Shown here piece after piece: positions 16,823 to 25,786 of a stretch of DNA of 43,247 nt. The translations under genes were made by a program, and so were the position numbers. Positions within the stretch are counted from its first letter, which is position 1. Every line of letters begins with the position of its first letter. The stretch comes from Patescibacteria group bacterium (GTDB lineage: Bacteria > Patescibacteriota > UBA1384 > 2-12-FULL-50-11): the NCBI GenBank assembly GCA_022843855.1, contig JALHMV010000005.1:1-43247 (forward strand), in the 5' to 3' direction. A model generated the notes under the pieces. The model saw only the letters and a program-made list of their open reading frames with translations. It did no database searches and was not told the DNA's origin.

Positions 16823-17496
16823 TCAAAGGGGTTTGACTTGCCGAAATTGCCTTCGGTCTCGATGTTTGGCACAGTTGTGTACGGAGTAAATCTGTTAAAC
16901 AACGCCTCGGCATCGGCGAGGAAGGTCTGTTTACCAGTAAAGGTTTTAGGAGAACTCACTCTTGATGAGGCTTGACCAGTGATCGTTGCCGTCGTTTTCT
17001 CCCCCTCGGTAGTGATATCAATCGCTGTCAGTTGATTCCATCGGCTGAGCGTTCGGAGTTGGACGATCAGTTGTTTGACCTGATCGAAGCTCATCGATCC
17101 GCTGATGGTGAATTTGGTGATAGCGGTCTGACCGGTTCCCTCTTCGCTGACCGGCGCCGAAAGCGGCACTTCAATGGTCGCGGTACTGAGAGAGAGCGAG
17201 GCGAGGAGGCCGTCGAGCTGCAGAATTAAGATCTCTGGCTGAGGCGACATCGGAAGCGAGAGCGTCGCTTTTTGATACAACTCGTCGAGCGTCTCTGGCT
17301 CTTTTTCGATCGAGCCGAGCGTGGCGAGGAACTGCTCGTTTTCGCTCACTTGGGCAGCGAGCTGGATGAGTTCGGCGCGACTGGCGCTGACGGAGCGGAG
17401 CTGAGCGGGGATGACAAGCCAACCGATCCCACCAACCAAACCGAGAAAGACGAGCGTCAATATCCAGAATGTCAAGTTACGACTGAGTCCTCTCAT
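16819..17496 (-). CDS. pilO: Type IV pilus alignment protein, PilO-like
   Basis: N-terminal TM, coiled coil, C-terminal 'GKSNPF' tail; follows pilM-pilN. Confidence 0.65.
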   Translation of the reverse strand: MRGLSRNLTFWILTLVFLGLVGGIGWLVIPAQLRSVSASRAELIQLAAQVSENEQFLATLGSIEKEPETLDELYQKATLSLPMSPQPEILILQLDGLLASLSLSTATIEVPLSAPVSEEGTGQTAITKFTISGSMSFDQVKQLIVQLRTLSRWNQLTAIDITTEGEKTTATITGQASSRVSSPKTFTGKQTFLADAEALFNRFTPYTTVPNIETEGNFGKSNPFD

Positions 17497-18053
17497 TCTT
17501 CCCCCTTAACTGGTGTGTAGGTAGCGCTGAGCGAGAAGCTAAAGACCTTTCGATTATCGACGATTGATTCTGAAAGCGAGAGGATGGTGGCCTTGGTGAT
17601 TGCGTCAGAGGCTTCGAGCTTATCACGGTAGAGGACGATCGAGCGCCGGTCGAATGTTGAGCCGCTGATCGCGATATCGATCGATGCTCCTTGGGCTGTT
17701 GTTGCGACCCGGGTACTGGTCAGAACTGTGTCGGTCGGGGTAGCGCTGGCGATTTCATTTAAAATCGCTTCCCACCGATACTTTTCTTGGGCAGTTGTTG
17801 CAGCTCGAAGACGATCTTCGACAAAACTTGCTTTCGTGACGATCTCGTTTTTGGCGCGCCGTTGCGAGGTCAACTGCTCAATCTGTGATCGCCGGTCGCT
17901 GATGTCGCTCTGTTGCATAAATCCCCAAGTCATCAGTCCGGCTATCGCGAGACCAACTAAAGCGATAACAATGAGGTAGATAACCGCCACGTTGATAAGG
18001 GCGCTGCGAGTACGCCGGGCTTCCTTTAGCTCTGGTGGAAGCAGGCTGAGCAT
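17493..18053 (-). CDS. pilN: Type IV pilus assembly protein PilN
   Basis: N-terminal LSLLP (INLLP-like), TM, coiled coil, IASATP...I.ISG. Confidence 0.8.
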   Translation of the reverse strand: MLSLLPPELKEARRTRSALINVAVIYLIVIALVGLAIAGLMTWGFMQQSDISDRRSQIEQLTSQRRAKNEIVTKASFVEDRLRAATTAQEKYRWEAILNEIASATPTDTVLTSTRVATTAQGASIDIAISGSTFDRRSIVLYRDKLEASDAITKATILSLSESIVDNRKVFSFSLSATYTPVKGEE

Positions 18054-19099
18054 TACGATGTCCTCATCGCTAGGCCAACAGCGTCGGCGAAGGTATGAGA
18101 GAATCGGGTTGAGATCGGGTAATGATGGGTATCAATCAAGCCAAACGGGCTACCGATCCGGCTGGCGAGCCCTGTCTGTTGTTGAAAGACTTCAACAATA
18201 CCAGCGATGTTAGTGCCTGAGCCGGAGAGGATAACCTCCTCTATCCTCACGCCGGGACAGACTCGGTTCTCAAAGAATTTGGTGATATGGACGAGTTCAT
18301 CGAAAACCGGGCTAAACTCTTTTTGGAGCTCGCCTGGACTTGGCTGGGTGTCGAGCAACGCCTTGACCCCCCACGGTACCGTGGATGTGACACGAATACT
18401 CTGGCCCTCAACGATTGATGCGCCGGTGCTGCCGGCACCAAGATCAAGAATGGCACGAGCTTTGTCGTCGTTCTTGCCGATGACCGCCCGGGCGATCGCT
18501 CCTGGTTTGATATCGATACCGTCTAGCTCGAGTCCGGTGTGTTCGACCGTCGCGATCACTGATTCGATCAACGACTTTTTAGCCGCGACGGCAAAAACGG
18601 TTAGTCCATCAACTGATTCCGATTCGTTCACGTTGGTTGCTTCTTTATCAGTTGTCTTGCCAGGTTTTGAGTTGGTTTTAGCGGCGGCTTGATCGATCGC
18701 TTTGGCGTCGAGCGGCTTGCATTTGGTCGTTACGACCTCGTAATCAAAGTAGAAGTCCTCAAGGTTAATCGAGAGTTTCTCAGCCAACTCAAAGGGGATC
18801 GCCTCAGCAAGCTCGCTTTCGCTTAAGAGCGGCATGGAAAACGTTCCTGAAAATATGACTGATTCTGGCAGTGCGATCATTGCCTTACGTCCGGTGATCG
18901 GCGCCGGTTTCGCCAGCCTCAAGGTGTCGGTGATGATCTTCGCGATCTCTTCGCTGTTGGTTAAGGCGTCGGTCTGCCATGAGCTAACAGGAATTGGGGC
19001 GATATTCATCCCCTTAAGCCGCCAGTGCTTGCCTTGCTTAGTGAGGCCGATGACCTTGACGGTCTCGTAGCCGATATCAATACCGATTGTCGTGCTCAC
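18053..19099 (-). CDS. pilM: Type IV pilus assembly protein PilM (actin-like)
   Basis: Motifs IGIDIG, ILDLGAGST, ILSGSG and AVGLAMR. GTG start with GGAGG SD. Confidence 0.88.
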   Translation of the reverse strand: MSTTIGIDIGYETVKVIGLTKQGKHWRLKGMNIAPIPVSSWQTDALTNSEEIAKIITDTLRLAKPAPITGRKAMIALPESVIFSGTFSMPLLSESELAEAIPFELAEKLSINLEDFYFDYEVVTTKCKPLDAKAIDQAAAKTNSKPGKTTDKEATNVNESESVDGLTVFAVAAKKSLIESVIATVEHTGLELDGIDIKPGAIARAVIGKNDDKARAILDLGAGSTGASIVEGQSIRVTSTVPWGVKALLDTQPSPGELQKEFSPVFDELVHITKFFENRVCPGVRIEEVILSGSGTNIAGIVEVFQQQTGLASRIGSPFGLIDTHHYPISTRFSHTFADAVGLAMRTS

Positions 19100-19144
19100 A
19101 TTCCCTCCGTATCCAGGATACCGCAATTTGGCTCAAAAGGTCAG

Positions 19145-20866
19145 CTAGTTGCTAATCTCGCGCCAGGTACCTTTCTTGAACTGCCACCCGGCGCCGGGCC
19201 CGCTGGTGAAATTCATATTGGCGAGTCCGGACTCGTAGGTAACGCTTGAAGAGTTGGATAGTGTGATACCCCAGGCGGTGGCTTCTTTGGCGGTGGCCGA
19301 GTTGGAAAACTGGATCCACGACTTACCGGCGTAATAAATCACTCCGGTGGATGCGTTGGAAACGAAAATTGATGTTTGGCTTTTGGCGTCACGTGCAGTA
19401 AGTAGCAGTATATAACTACCAGTCCCGGCGCCTTGGAAGATAGCCGAGTTAGAGACGGTGATCGTTCCGTCGCTCAGTACCACACCAGAATTGGTGCCGT
19501 AGCCGGGGTCGAGACGCATCGTTGACGAGTTGGAGATATTGATATTGCCGGTTACCCAGAGCGTCCCCGTGATCGTCAGAATCGAGGTATTACTGAGGTT
19601 GAGGTTGCCCTCGATTTTCCTTGGGCCGAGACTGGCTTGAGTTGAACCGCTGAGGTTATAGTCGCCGCTATGGGTGCCGCCGGCAACAGCGTCGTTTTTC
19701 CAGTCGGTTATGACTCCGTCAGAAATCGGCATCGCCTCCGGCGGCGGGTTACTGATAATGCAGGAGGCGTTGGGGCAGTTGGATCCGCCAGCGCTCGTGT
19801 TGATGATCTGATTGGCTCGGGCAATGCCGCCGACCGTCATCCCTTCGATCCGAGTGATGGTACCGCCGAGCCAGACCTGAAAGGCCAGATCGCCGCCGGC
19901 GTTGGTCCAGGTGGGGCTACCGGAACAGCAGTTGCTGGTGTATTTGCCGGTATTGTTGGCGTACGAATCGGTCGAATCTTTGCGCCAGTTCCAGTAATTG
20001 GTTGCCGAGTTGGAGTTGTAATCAAGCACGATCCAATACTTGGTGTTGTTGCTGAGGTTCGGTGGCGATGAAAACGTGACGTCGATCCAAGACGGCGTCA
20101 GTCCGACCGACGCGTGGGCGATGACCGCTGTGGCGAGGCTACTGGTATTGGGGCGGTTGCTGACGTCGGTGGCGATCCGGACGGTGAGATTGGAAGTCGG
20201 ATTGCCGACTTTTCCAAGTAGAACCGACGCTTTTGTGAGGGCAGCCGAGCTAGTAGCGGTAAACGACTGAGCGATATCGCGATTAGTTGAGGCGGTGGCG
20301 AAGAACTGATCGTTGTCTTCAAGCGTCGCGGCCACGCTTGGGGTATCGGACAGGCCGCCGGCAACGGTGGCGTCACCGGTGATCGTGGCGCCGTTGCTGC
20401 CGATGATGTTGCCGTTACTGAAGACGTTACCGTTGACCTGGGAGCTGTTGGTCATAGAGAGGCCACCGCCGTCGACTTGAATGCCGTAAAAGAATTCGAC
20501 GTTATCTGAATCAAGACTCGCCTCGACTCGAATTGTTCGCGTCGAACGAGGAGTAGTATTGTTGGGGACGTAACCGGTTGACTCGATCGTCCGAGTACTG
20601 CCCGTCCCGCTGACTGTCACCGTAAAGGTGCCGTTGCCGAGGGGCGTATTCGTCTCGCCAGCGTAGTTGCCGTTGGTATTGAGTTGGCGGATGGCGTGTT
20701 CGGCGCCGGCTTCAGCAAGATTCAGCGATTGATAGGCGAGATACGATCGATTGGTCGAGGCACCCTCGCGGTGAACGAGCTGGAGCGACACGGTTGTGAG
20801 GGTGAAGAGAATGCCAAGCACCACCAGGGCAAACGCGAGAATGTGACCAGACGATTGTTCCTTCAT
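19145..20866 (-). CDS. PilX-like minor pilin / tip adhesin with large Ser/Thr/Asn/Gly-rich beta domains
   Basis: G|HILAFALVV leader, LAEAGAEHAI PilX motif, beta-helix-like repeats, ends in WREI. Confidence 0.78.
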   Translation of the reverse strand: MKEQSSGHILAFALVVLGILFTLTTVSLQLVHREGASTNRSYLAYQSLNLAEAGAEHAIRQLNTNGNYAGETNTPLGNGTFTVTVSGTGSTRTIESTGYVPNNTTPRSTRTIRVEASLDSDNVEFFYGIQVDGGGLSMTNSSQVNGNVFSNGNIIGSNGATITGDATVAGGLSDTPSVAATLEDNDQFFATASTNRDIAQSFTATSSAALTKASVLLGKVGNPTSNLTVRIATDVSNRPNTSSLATAVIAHASVGLTPSWIDVTFSSPPNLSNNTKYWIVLDYNSNSATNYWNWRKDSTDSYANNTGKYTSNCCSGSPTWTNAGGDLAFQVWLGGTITRIEGMTVGGIARANQIINTSAGGSNCPNASCIISNPPPEAMPISDGVITDWKNDAVAGGTHSGDYNLSGSTQASLGPRKIEGNLNLSNTSILTITGTLWVTGNINISNSSTMRLDPGYGTNSGVVLSDGTITVSNSAIFQGAGTGSYILLLTARDAKSQTSIFVSNASTGVIYYAGKSWIQFSNSATAKEATAWGITLSNSSSVTYESGLANMNFTSGPGAGWQFKKGTWREISN

Positions 20867-21489
20867 ACTGCCTTATTTCGTAGTATAACCGTTGTATCGA
20901 ACGAACGGGTAATTGTTCGGTCGTTGACGATCCGGCGAGAGGTCAGCGTCAGCTTTATTCGTCTCGCAGCCGTGAGGTTGTGAGTCCCGGGCAGCAGCTC
21001 AGCGCCGGCAGCGTTGTAATACTGGATAGCGAGCGCACCGACCTCGCTGTGGACGGTCAGCGGTGAATAGTAATTGGCACGGACGCTGGTTCCGTGAGCG
21101 CTCATTAATCGCAGGAGCGCTGCATTGTCTTTCTCAAAAACGATGTAGTCGTCGCCGGTCACGATGGTACCGCCGCTGTCGATCGGCGGGAGCCGGAGCA
21201 CGAGAGTATCGCTATCCGAAGTGTACGTCGTTGAGTTGATCGTTGTGGCGCTGATAACTGATGACGCACCCCAAATCTGCTTCGTCATCTCGTCGAGACT
21301 GAAGCGAGCGGCTCGCTGCAACTCACCGTATGCCTCATGGGCGACTTGGGCCTTCCAGCCGTCAGCCAGCGACTGGCTAATTACCAGACCAACGCTGATA
21401 GAGATGGCGATGGCTACCAGCGACTCCAGGACGGTGAATCCTGCCTTACGATGAGAGTAGCGAGCCGAGCTCTGATGAGTGAATACCAT
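20863..21489 (-). CDS. Prepilin-type minor pilin (PilW/PulJ-like)
   Basis: RKAG|FTVLESLV class III signal; C-terminal V.LRN. Confidence 0.8.
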   Translation of the reverse strand: MVFTHQSSARYSHRKAGFTVLESLVAIAISISVGLVISQSLADGWKAQVAHEAYGELQRAARFSLDEMTKQIWGASSVISATTINSTTYTSDSDTLVLRLPPIDSGGTIVTGDDYIVFEKDNAALLRLMSAHGTSVRANYYSPLTVHSEVGALAIQYYNAAGAELLPGTHNLTAARRIKLTLTSRRIVNDRTITRSFDTTVILRNKAV

Positions 21490-21493
21490 TTTC

Positions 21494-21880
21494 TTACCCA
21501 GCGATGCCCCCTTGACCGAGCAGGGTGACAAGAGTAATTGCCTCTGACTCTGGTCGATTCTGCCAATAGACTCTGATCGTAATCTGCTTGATTTTATCGT
21601 TGCCGTTGTAGTGGGTAACGTACGTTTTGGTATAGCCGCCGGGCAGCTTAGAAGTTGCTACGGCCGGCGGGTTGGCGTTGAGCGTTGCGTTATCGAAGCC
21701 GGCTAGTCGAATCGCATCGACCGTTTCCTGAGCCAATTGAGCCGCCGCCGTGATATTACGCGAGTGTTGGGTGTAGCGAAACGAAAGCGAGAACATCCCG
21801 AGCACGGTGAGGATGGCTAAGGCAAAGACGGTAGCAGCAACGAGCGTTTCCATGACGGTCATGCCGCGACGCTTGCTCAT
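21494..21880 (-). CDS. Prepilin-type minor pilin (PilV-like)
   Basis: KRRG|MTVMETLVA class III signal. Confidence 0.82.
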   Translation of the reverse strand: MSKRRGMTVMETLVAATVFALAILTVLGMFSLSFRYTQHSRNITAAAQLAQETVDAIRLAGFDNATLNANPPAVATSKLPGGYTKTYVTHYNGNDKIKQITIRVYWQNRPESEAITLVTLLGQGGIAG

Positions 21881-23076
21881 TGAAAGTCGCTTACCAGCTT
21901 GTAGATCGGTCCGAGAACGGATGCGACGATAAACGCCACCCCGATACCCATCACCAGCAACATAATCGGCTCGATCAGGGAAGCGAGGTTTTTGGTAAGG
22001 TTTTCAACCTCGCTGTCGTAGAAGCGGGTTATTTCTTGGAGAACCGATTCGATATTGCCGGACTCCTCGCCAAGGGTGGTTAACTGGCTGACCATCGGCG
22101 GAAACAACGGTTCTTTAGCCATCGCCGCCGAAAGCGGTTTACCGCTTTCGACTTCTTTGACGATGCGATTAAACGCGGCTTCGTAATGTTTGTTATCGAT
22201 GGTTTTTTGAACGATCCGAATCGCTTCGATGATCGGTAGGCTGGCTTTAATGAGCATGCTCATGGTTCGGGAGAACGTTGACATATAAACCTTAGTCGTC
22301 AACATGCCGAAGACTGGGAGTTTGATTTTGAGCTTGTCGTAGACAAGCCGTCCGCGCGGGCGGCCGAACCAAAGCTTAAGAAGATAGAGGAGGCCGATAA
22401 AAATCGGGGCGACGATATAGAAGTAATTTCGTAAAATTTCGCTAGTGGTGAAGAGCAGTTTGGTCGTGGTTGGCAGTTCGGCGCCAAAATCAGCGAAGAC
22501 GGTTTTGAGGCTGGGCAGAACAAAGAAAACGATTAAGAACGCGACGCCGATTAACGCGATAAAGATAATAGCGGGATACATCATCGCGCCTCGGACCTTG
22601 GAGATGAGATCGGCTTGTTTCTCCTGTTGGTCCGCAAGGTTGAAGAGAACGTCGGCGAGCTGGCCGGTCTGTTCGCCGGCTCGGATAACGGCGGTGTAGA
22701 CCTCCGGAAAAACCTTCGGGTACTTCATCATCGTTGTCGAAAGCGGCTGGCCGCCCTTAACCTGAGCGATGAGCTCCAAGATAATTTTCTGAAAATGTTT
22801 ATTGTTGGTTTGGTGGTGCAGCGCTTCGAGCGCTTTGACGGCCGGCAGGCCAGCCTTGATCATGACGGCGAGTTGGCGGGTGAAGATAATCCGCTCCTTG
22901 AGCGGCACTTTGGTCCGTTTAAATAGTGTGAATCCTCCGCTGCCGGCGACGATTCTAATCGGAACAAGTCGACGTTCGCGTAAAATCCGGCCAGCCGACG
23001 AGACGTTATCTGCTTCAATCTGACCGGTCTGTTTTTTGCCTGCCGCGTCTTTGGCGGTATAGGTAAACGTTGGCAT
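21877..23076 (-). CDS. pilC: Type IV pilus platform protein PilC (GspF family)
   Basis: Motifs FTRQLAVMIKAG, AGEQTGQL, AMMYP, GEESG and LIEP. Confidence 0.93.
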   Translation of the reverse strand: MPTFTYTAKDAAGKKQTGQIEADNVSSAGRILRERRLVPIRIVAGSGGFTLFKRTKVPLKERIIFTRQLAVMIKAGLPAVKALEALHHQTNNKHFQKIILELIAQVKGGQPLSTTMMKYPKVFPEVYTAVIRAGEQTGQLADVLFNLADQQEKQADLISKVRGAMMYPAIIFIALIGVAFLIVFFVLPSLKTVFADFGAELPTTTKLLFTTSEILRNYFYIVAPIFIGLLYLLKLWFGRPRGRLVYDKLKIKLPVFGMLTTKVYMSTFSRTMSMLIKASLPIIEAIRIVQKTIDNKHYEAAFNRIVKEVESGKPLSAAMAKEPLFPPMVSQLTTLGEESGNIESVLQEITRFYDSEVENLTKNLASLIEPIMLLVMGIGVAFIVASVLGPIYKLVSDFQ

Positions 23077-24968
23077 CAGTCTTTGGTGACGCGCCAGACT
23101 TCTTCAATCGTGGTTAAGCCGTCGAGCGCCTTCAGAATACCGTCTTGCTTGAGGGTAATTAGTCCGTCCTTTCTGGCCTGAATCATGAGCTCCGAGCTGG
23201 ACGCGCGTTTAATTGTGAGTTGTCTAACTGGTTCGGTTACCGCGAGCACTTCAAAGATTCCGATTCGGCCTTTGTAGCCAGAATTACCACACGCCGCACA
23301 CCCACTCCCGATAAAGAGTTTTCTCTTGGCGTTTGCTTCGCTTTTTTCGGGCTCGGGTAGGGTGTCGATCTCTGCCTTGATGACGGTTAGGTGTTCAGGT
23401 TTCGGGTCGACTTCCTGTTTGCACTTCTCACAGATTTTGCGGCACAATCGTTGGGCGACGATAGCGTTGGTACTTGATGTAATTAGAAACGGCTCGATAC
23501 CCATGTCGAGCAAGCGAGGAAGAGCTCCGGCAGAGTCGTTGGTGTGCAAACTTGACAGAACGACGTGTCCAGTGAGGGCGGCGTTGATAGCGATATCGGC
23601 GGTTTCTTTGTCTCGAATTTCACCAACCATCACGACATCTGGGTCTTGTCGCAAGATTGAGCGCAAACCGCTGGCAAAGGTAAAGTTGATCTTGGAGTTG
23701 ACTTGGCTCTGGTTAACACCGGGCATCCGGTACTCAACTGGATCTTCCATCGTAATAATGTTGATCGCCTCGTCCTTGATCCGATGAATCATCGCGTAGA
23801 GCGTTGTTGATTTACCGGAACCAGTCGGACCAGTGATGAGCGTCATGCCGTGCGCTTTGGTGAGGTTGTCTTCAAGAACCTTTAAAGCCCGTCCGCGAAC
23901 GCCAAGATCGTTGAGGTTTAAGACCCCGCCCGAGTGATCCAGGACACGAGCGACAACTTTTTCGCCGTTAACTGTGGGAAGCGTCGAGATACGAAAATCG
24001 ATCTTGGCGCCGTCAAGCAGGATCTGAATCCGCCCGTCTTGCGGTAGGCGAGTTTCGTCGATCTTGAGGTTGGCGAGAATCTTAACGCGGCTCGTGATGG
24101 CCGCTTGGACGTCTTTCGGAAGCGTCAGAACTTTGCGTAAAACGCCGTCGATGCGAAAACGGACGGTCACGTCTTCTTCTGAGGGCTCGATATGTATATC
24201 TGAGGCTTTCTCTCGAACCGATCGCTTAAGGAGCGTCGTCACAATCTTGGCGGCGGGTGAGGTCTCGGTAATCTCGTCTTGACTGACTCTCTCGGCCTCT
24301 TTAGCTGCCTTCTCTTCGTCCTCCTCCGAAACCTCAACCAGTTCGCCGAGCTCGGATTGCATGCCGGAGTACTGATCGAGGATGTGATTGACGTCCTCGG
24401 CGGTTGAGATAAACGATTTCACGATCTTGCCCGAGGCTTTGCGAATCGCGTTAAAGGCTTCTTCGTTCTCCGGGTCTGTCATACCGATAAAGAGCGTTTT
24501 ATCTTTCAGGGCGAACGGCACTGCCTGGTATTTGCGAGCGATCGGTTCGGGCACGAGGGCGAGGATGTCTTTGGGGATCGTCTTATCAACCAATTCGATA
24601 AATTGGATGTTGGATTCGCGGTTATGAAGATCGGTGACGCGGAATTGCTCATCGACTGGTTCAGTTGTTTTGCCGGCGTTGCTCGAAGCGGTGACTTGAT
24701 CGGTCAGATCTTCGGTCAGATCAAAATCGGGGGTGGTGGTGGCGGCAAGCGTAATATTCTGCCGTTTGCCGCCGAAAGTCGTTGTAATCTTACGTTCTGG
24801 GAGACGGGTGAGCTTGAAGTTACCGAGTCCCTTCAGCTCAACTGGTTCGCCGCCGGCGAGTGTTTCGCCGATAATCTCGGTCAGACCCTTGAGGTAGGCA
24901 CGTACTCTAAAGCCGGGTTGTCCGGTTTTTGTGCTTAATTTTTTGACGATATCGTTGGTGACTGCCAC
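23076..24968 (-). CDS. pilB: Type IV pilus extension ATPase PilB/GspE with an N-terminal HU/IHF-like domain
   Basis: Motifs ASDIHIEP, RLPQDGR, Walker A GPTGSGKST, EDPVE, LRQDPD, GHVVLSSLH and CxxC...CxxC. The first ~92 aa resemble HU. Confidence 0.93.
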   Translation of the reverse strand: MAVTNDIVKKLSTKTGQPGFRVRAYLKGLTEIIGETLAGGEPVELKGLGNFKLTRLPERKITTTFGGKRQNITLAATTTPDFDLTEDLTDQVTASSNAGKTTEPVDEQFRVTDLHNRESNIQFIELVDKTIPKDILALVPEPIARKYQAVPFALKDKTLFIGMTDPENEEAFNAIRKASGKIVKSFISTAEDVNHILDQYSGMQSELGELVEVSEEDEEKAAKEAERVSQDEITETSPAAKIVTTLLKRSVREKASDIHIEPSEEDVTVRFRIDGVLRKVLTLPKDVQAAITSRVKILANLKIDETRLPQDGRIQILLDGAKIDFRISTLPTVNGEKVVARVLDHSGGVLNLNDLGVRGRALKVLEDNLTKAHGMTLITGPTGSGKSTTLYAMIHRIKDEAINIITMEDPVEYRMPGVNQSQVNSKINFTFASGLRSILRQDPDVVMVGEIRDKETADIAINAALTGHVVLSSLHTNDSAGALPRLLDMGIEPFLITSSTNAIVAQRLCRKICEKCKQEVDPKPEHLTVIKAEIDTLPEPEKSEANAKRKLFIGSGCAACGNSGYKGRIGIFEVLAVTEPVRQLTIKRASSSELMIQARKDGLITLKQDGILKALDGLTTIEEVWRVTKD

Positions 24969-25018
24969 GTTCCCTCCTTTTCCATCCTAACAGACCGCTA
25001 GCCAACGAAAAAATGAAC

Positions 25019-25050
25019 AAAAAAATGACCGCGGCAGGGCACCGCGGTCA
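25019..25050 (-). terminator. Terminator of the ECF sigma gene
   Basis: TGACCGCGG-7nt-CCGCGGTCA followed by U7 on the minus strand. Confidence 0.8.
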
Positions 25051-25659
25051 GGGTGGGGGGACGCAACCGTTGCGACCAGCCTTCTCTTGGGTAGGCGACC
25101 ATACAGACGACTTACCAGCCGATTCGGCCAACAGCGCTTGAAGTTGTGCTCGCCCGCGGACCAAGCGACTTTTGACAGCGCTGGGGGTGATCCCCAGCTC
25201 GCTCGCGACGGCTTCAACTTCTCCTCCCTCGAACATAATCAGACTGACCACATCGCGGTTGATCAGCGGTATTTGTCGCGTGAGTCGTTTCGCATCATCT
25301 ATCTCCAGTCGCTGAAGTACCTCGTTCTCGATTTCGTTCGGAGAGATAAGGGCATCGCCCTGTTCGTCGATGGGTAGGACGTGCTTTTGGCGCTTTCGCC
25401 AATCGAGAGCGCTTCTTACGACGGTTGTGCCGATGTATCCAAGTAATTGCCGCTCGTTGTCGTGGCGGATCGTGCCGCTTTGAGCGGCACGCAAGACCTT
25501 GAGGCAGGTCTCACCATACATATCTTCAGCCGCATCTTGGTTGCCCGTATAATGCCAAGCTATCCGAATGAAACGGGACCGAAATTGTGTCAGAAGCCGC
25601 TCGATCGTAGCTCGGACTTGATCCCCTGACGCTGCGGGTGGTGGTTGGAATGTTTTCAT
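25048..25659 (-). CDS. ECF-type RNA polymerase sigma factor
   Basis: Region 2: DAAEDMYGETCLKV...ALDWRKR. Region 4: VASELGITPSAVKSRLVRGR. AAGGAG SD before ATG 25659. Confidence 0.88.
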   Translation of the reverse strand: MKTFQPPPAASGDQVRATIERLLTQFRSRFIRIAWHYTGNQDAAEDMYGETCLKVLRAAQSGTIRHDNERQLLGYIGTTVVRSALDWRKRQKHVLPIDEQGDALISPNEIENEVLQRLEIDDAKRLTRQIPLINRDVVSLIMFEGGEVEAVASELGITPSAVKSRLVRGRAQLQALLAESAGKSSVWSPTQEKAGRNGCVPPP

Positions 25660-25786
25660 GACGCTCCTTGGTAAAAGGTGCAAGTCCCAGGATTGTAATC
25701 AAAAACACTTCGATTGAGAACACGGTACGAACGCAGCCCGCTGAGTCGTGACTTTCTAGGCTGTTCGTGGCAGTATGAGCATCGAC

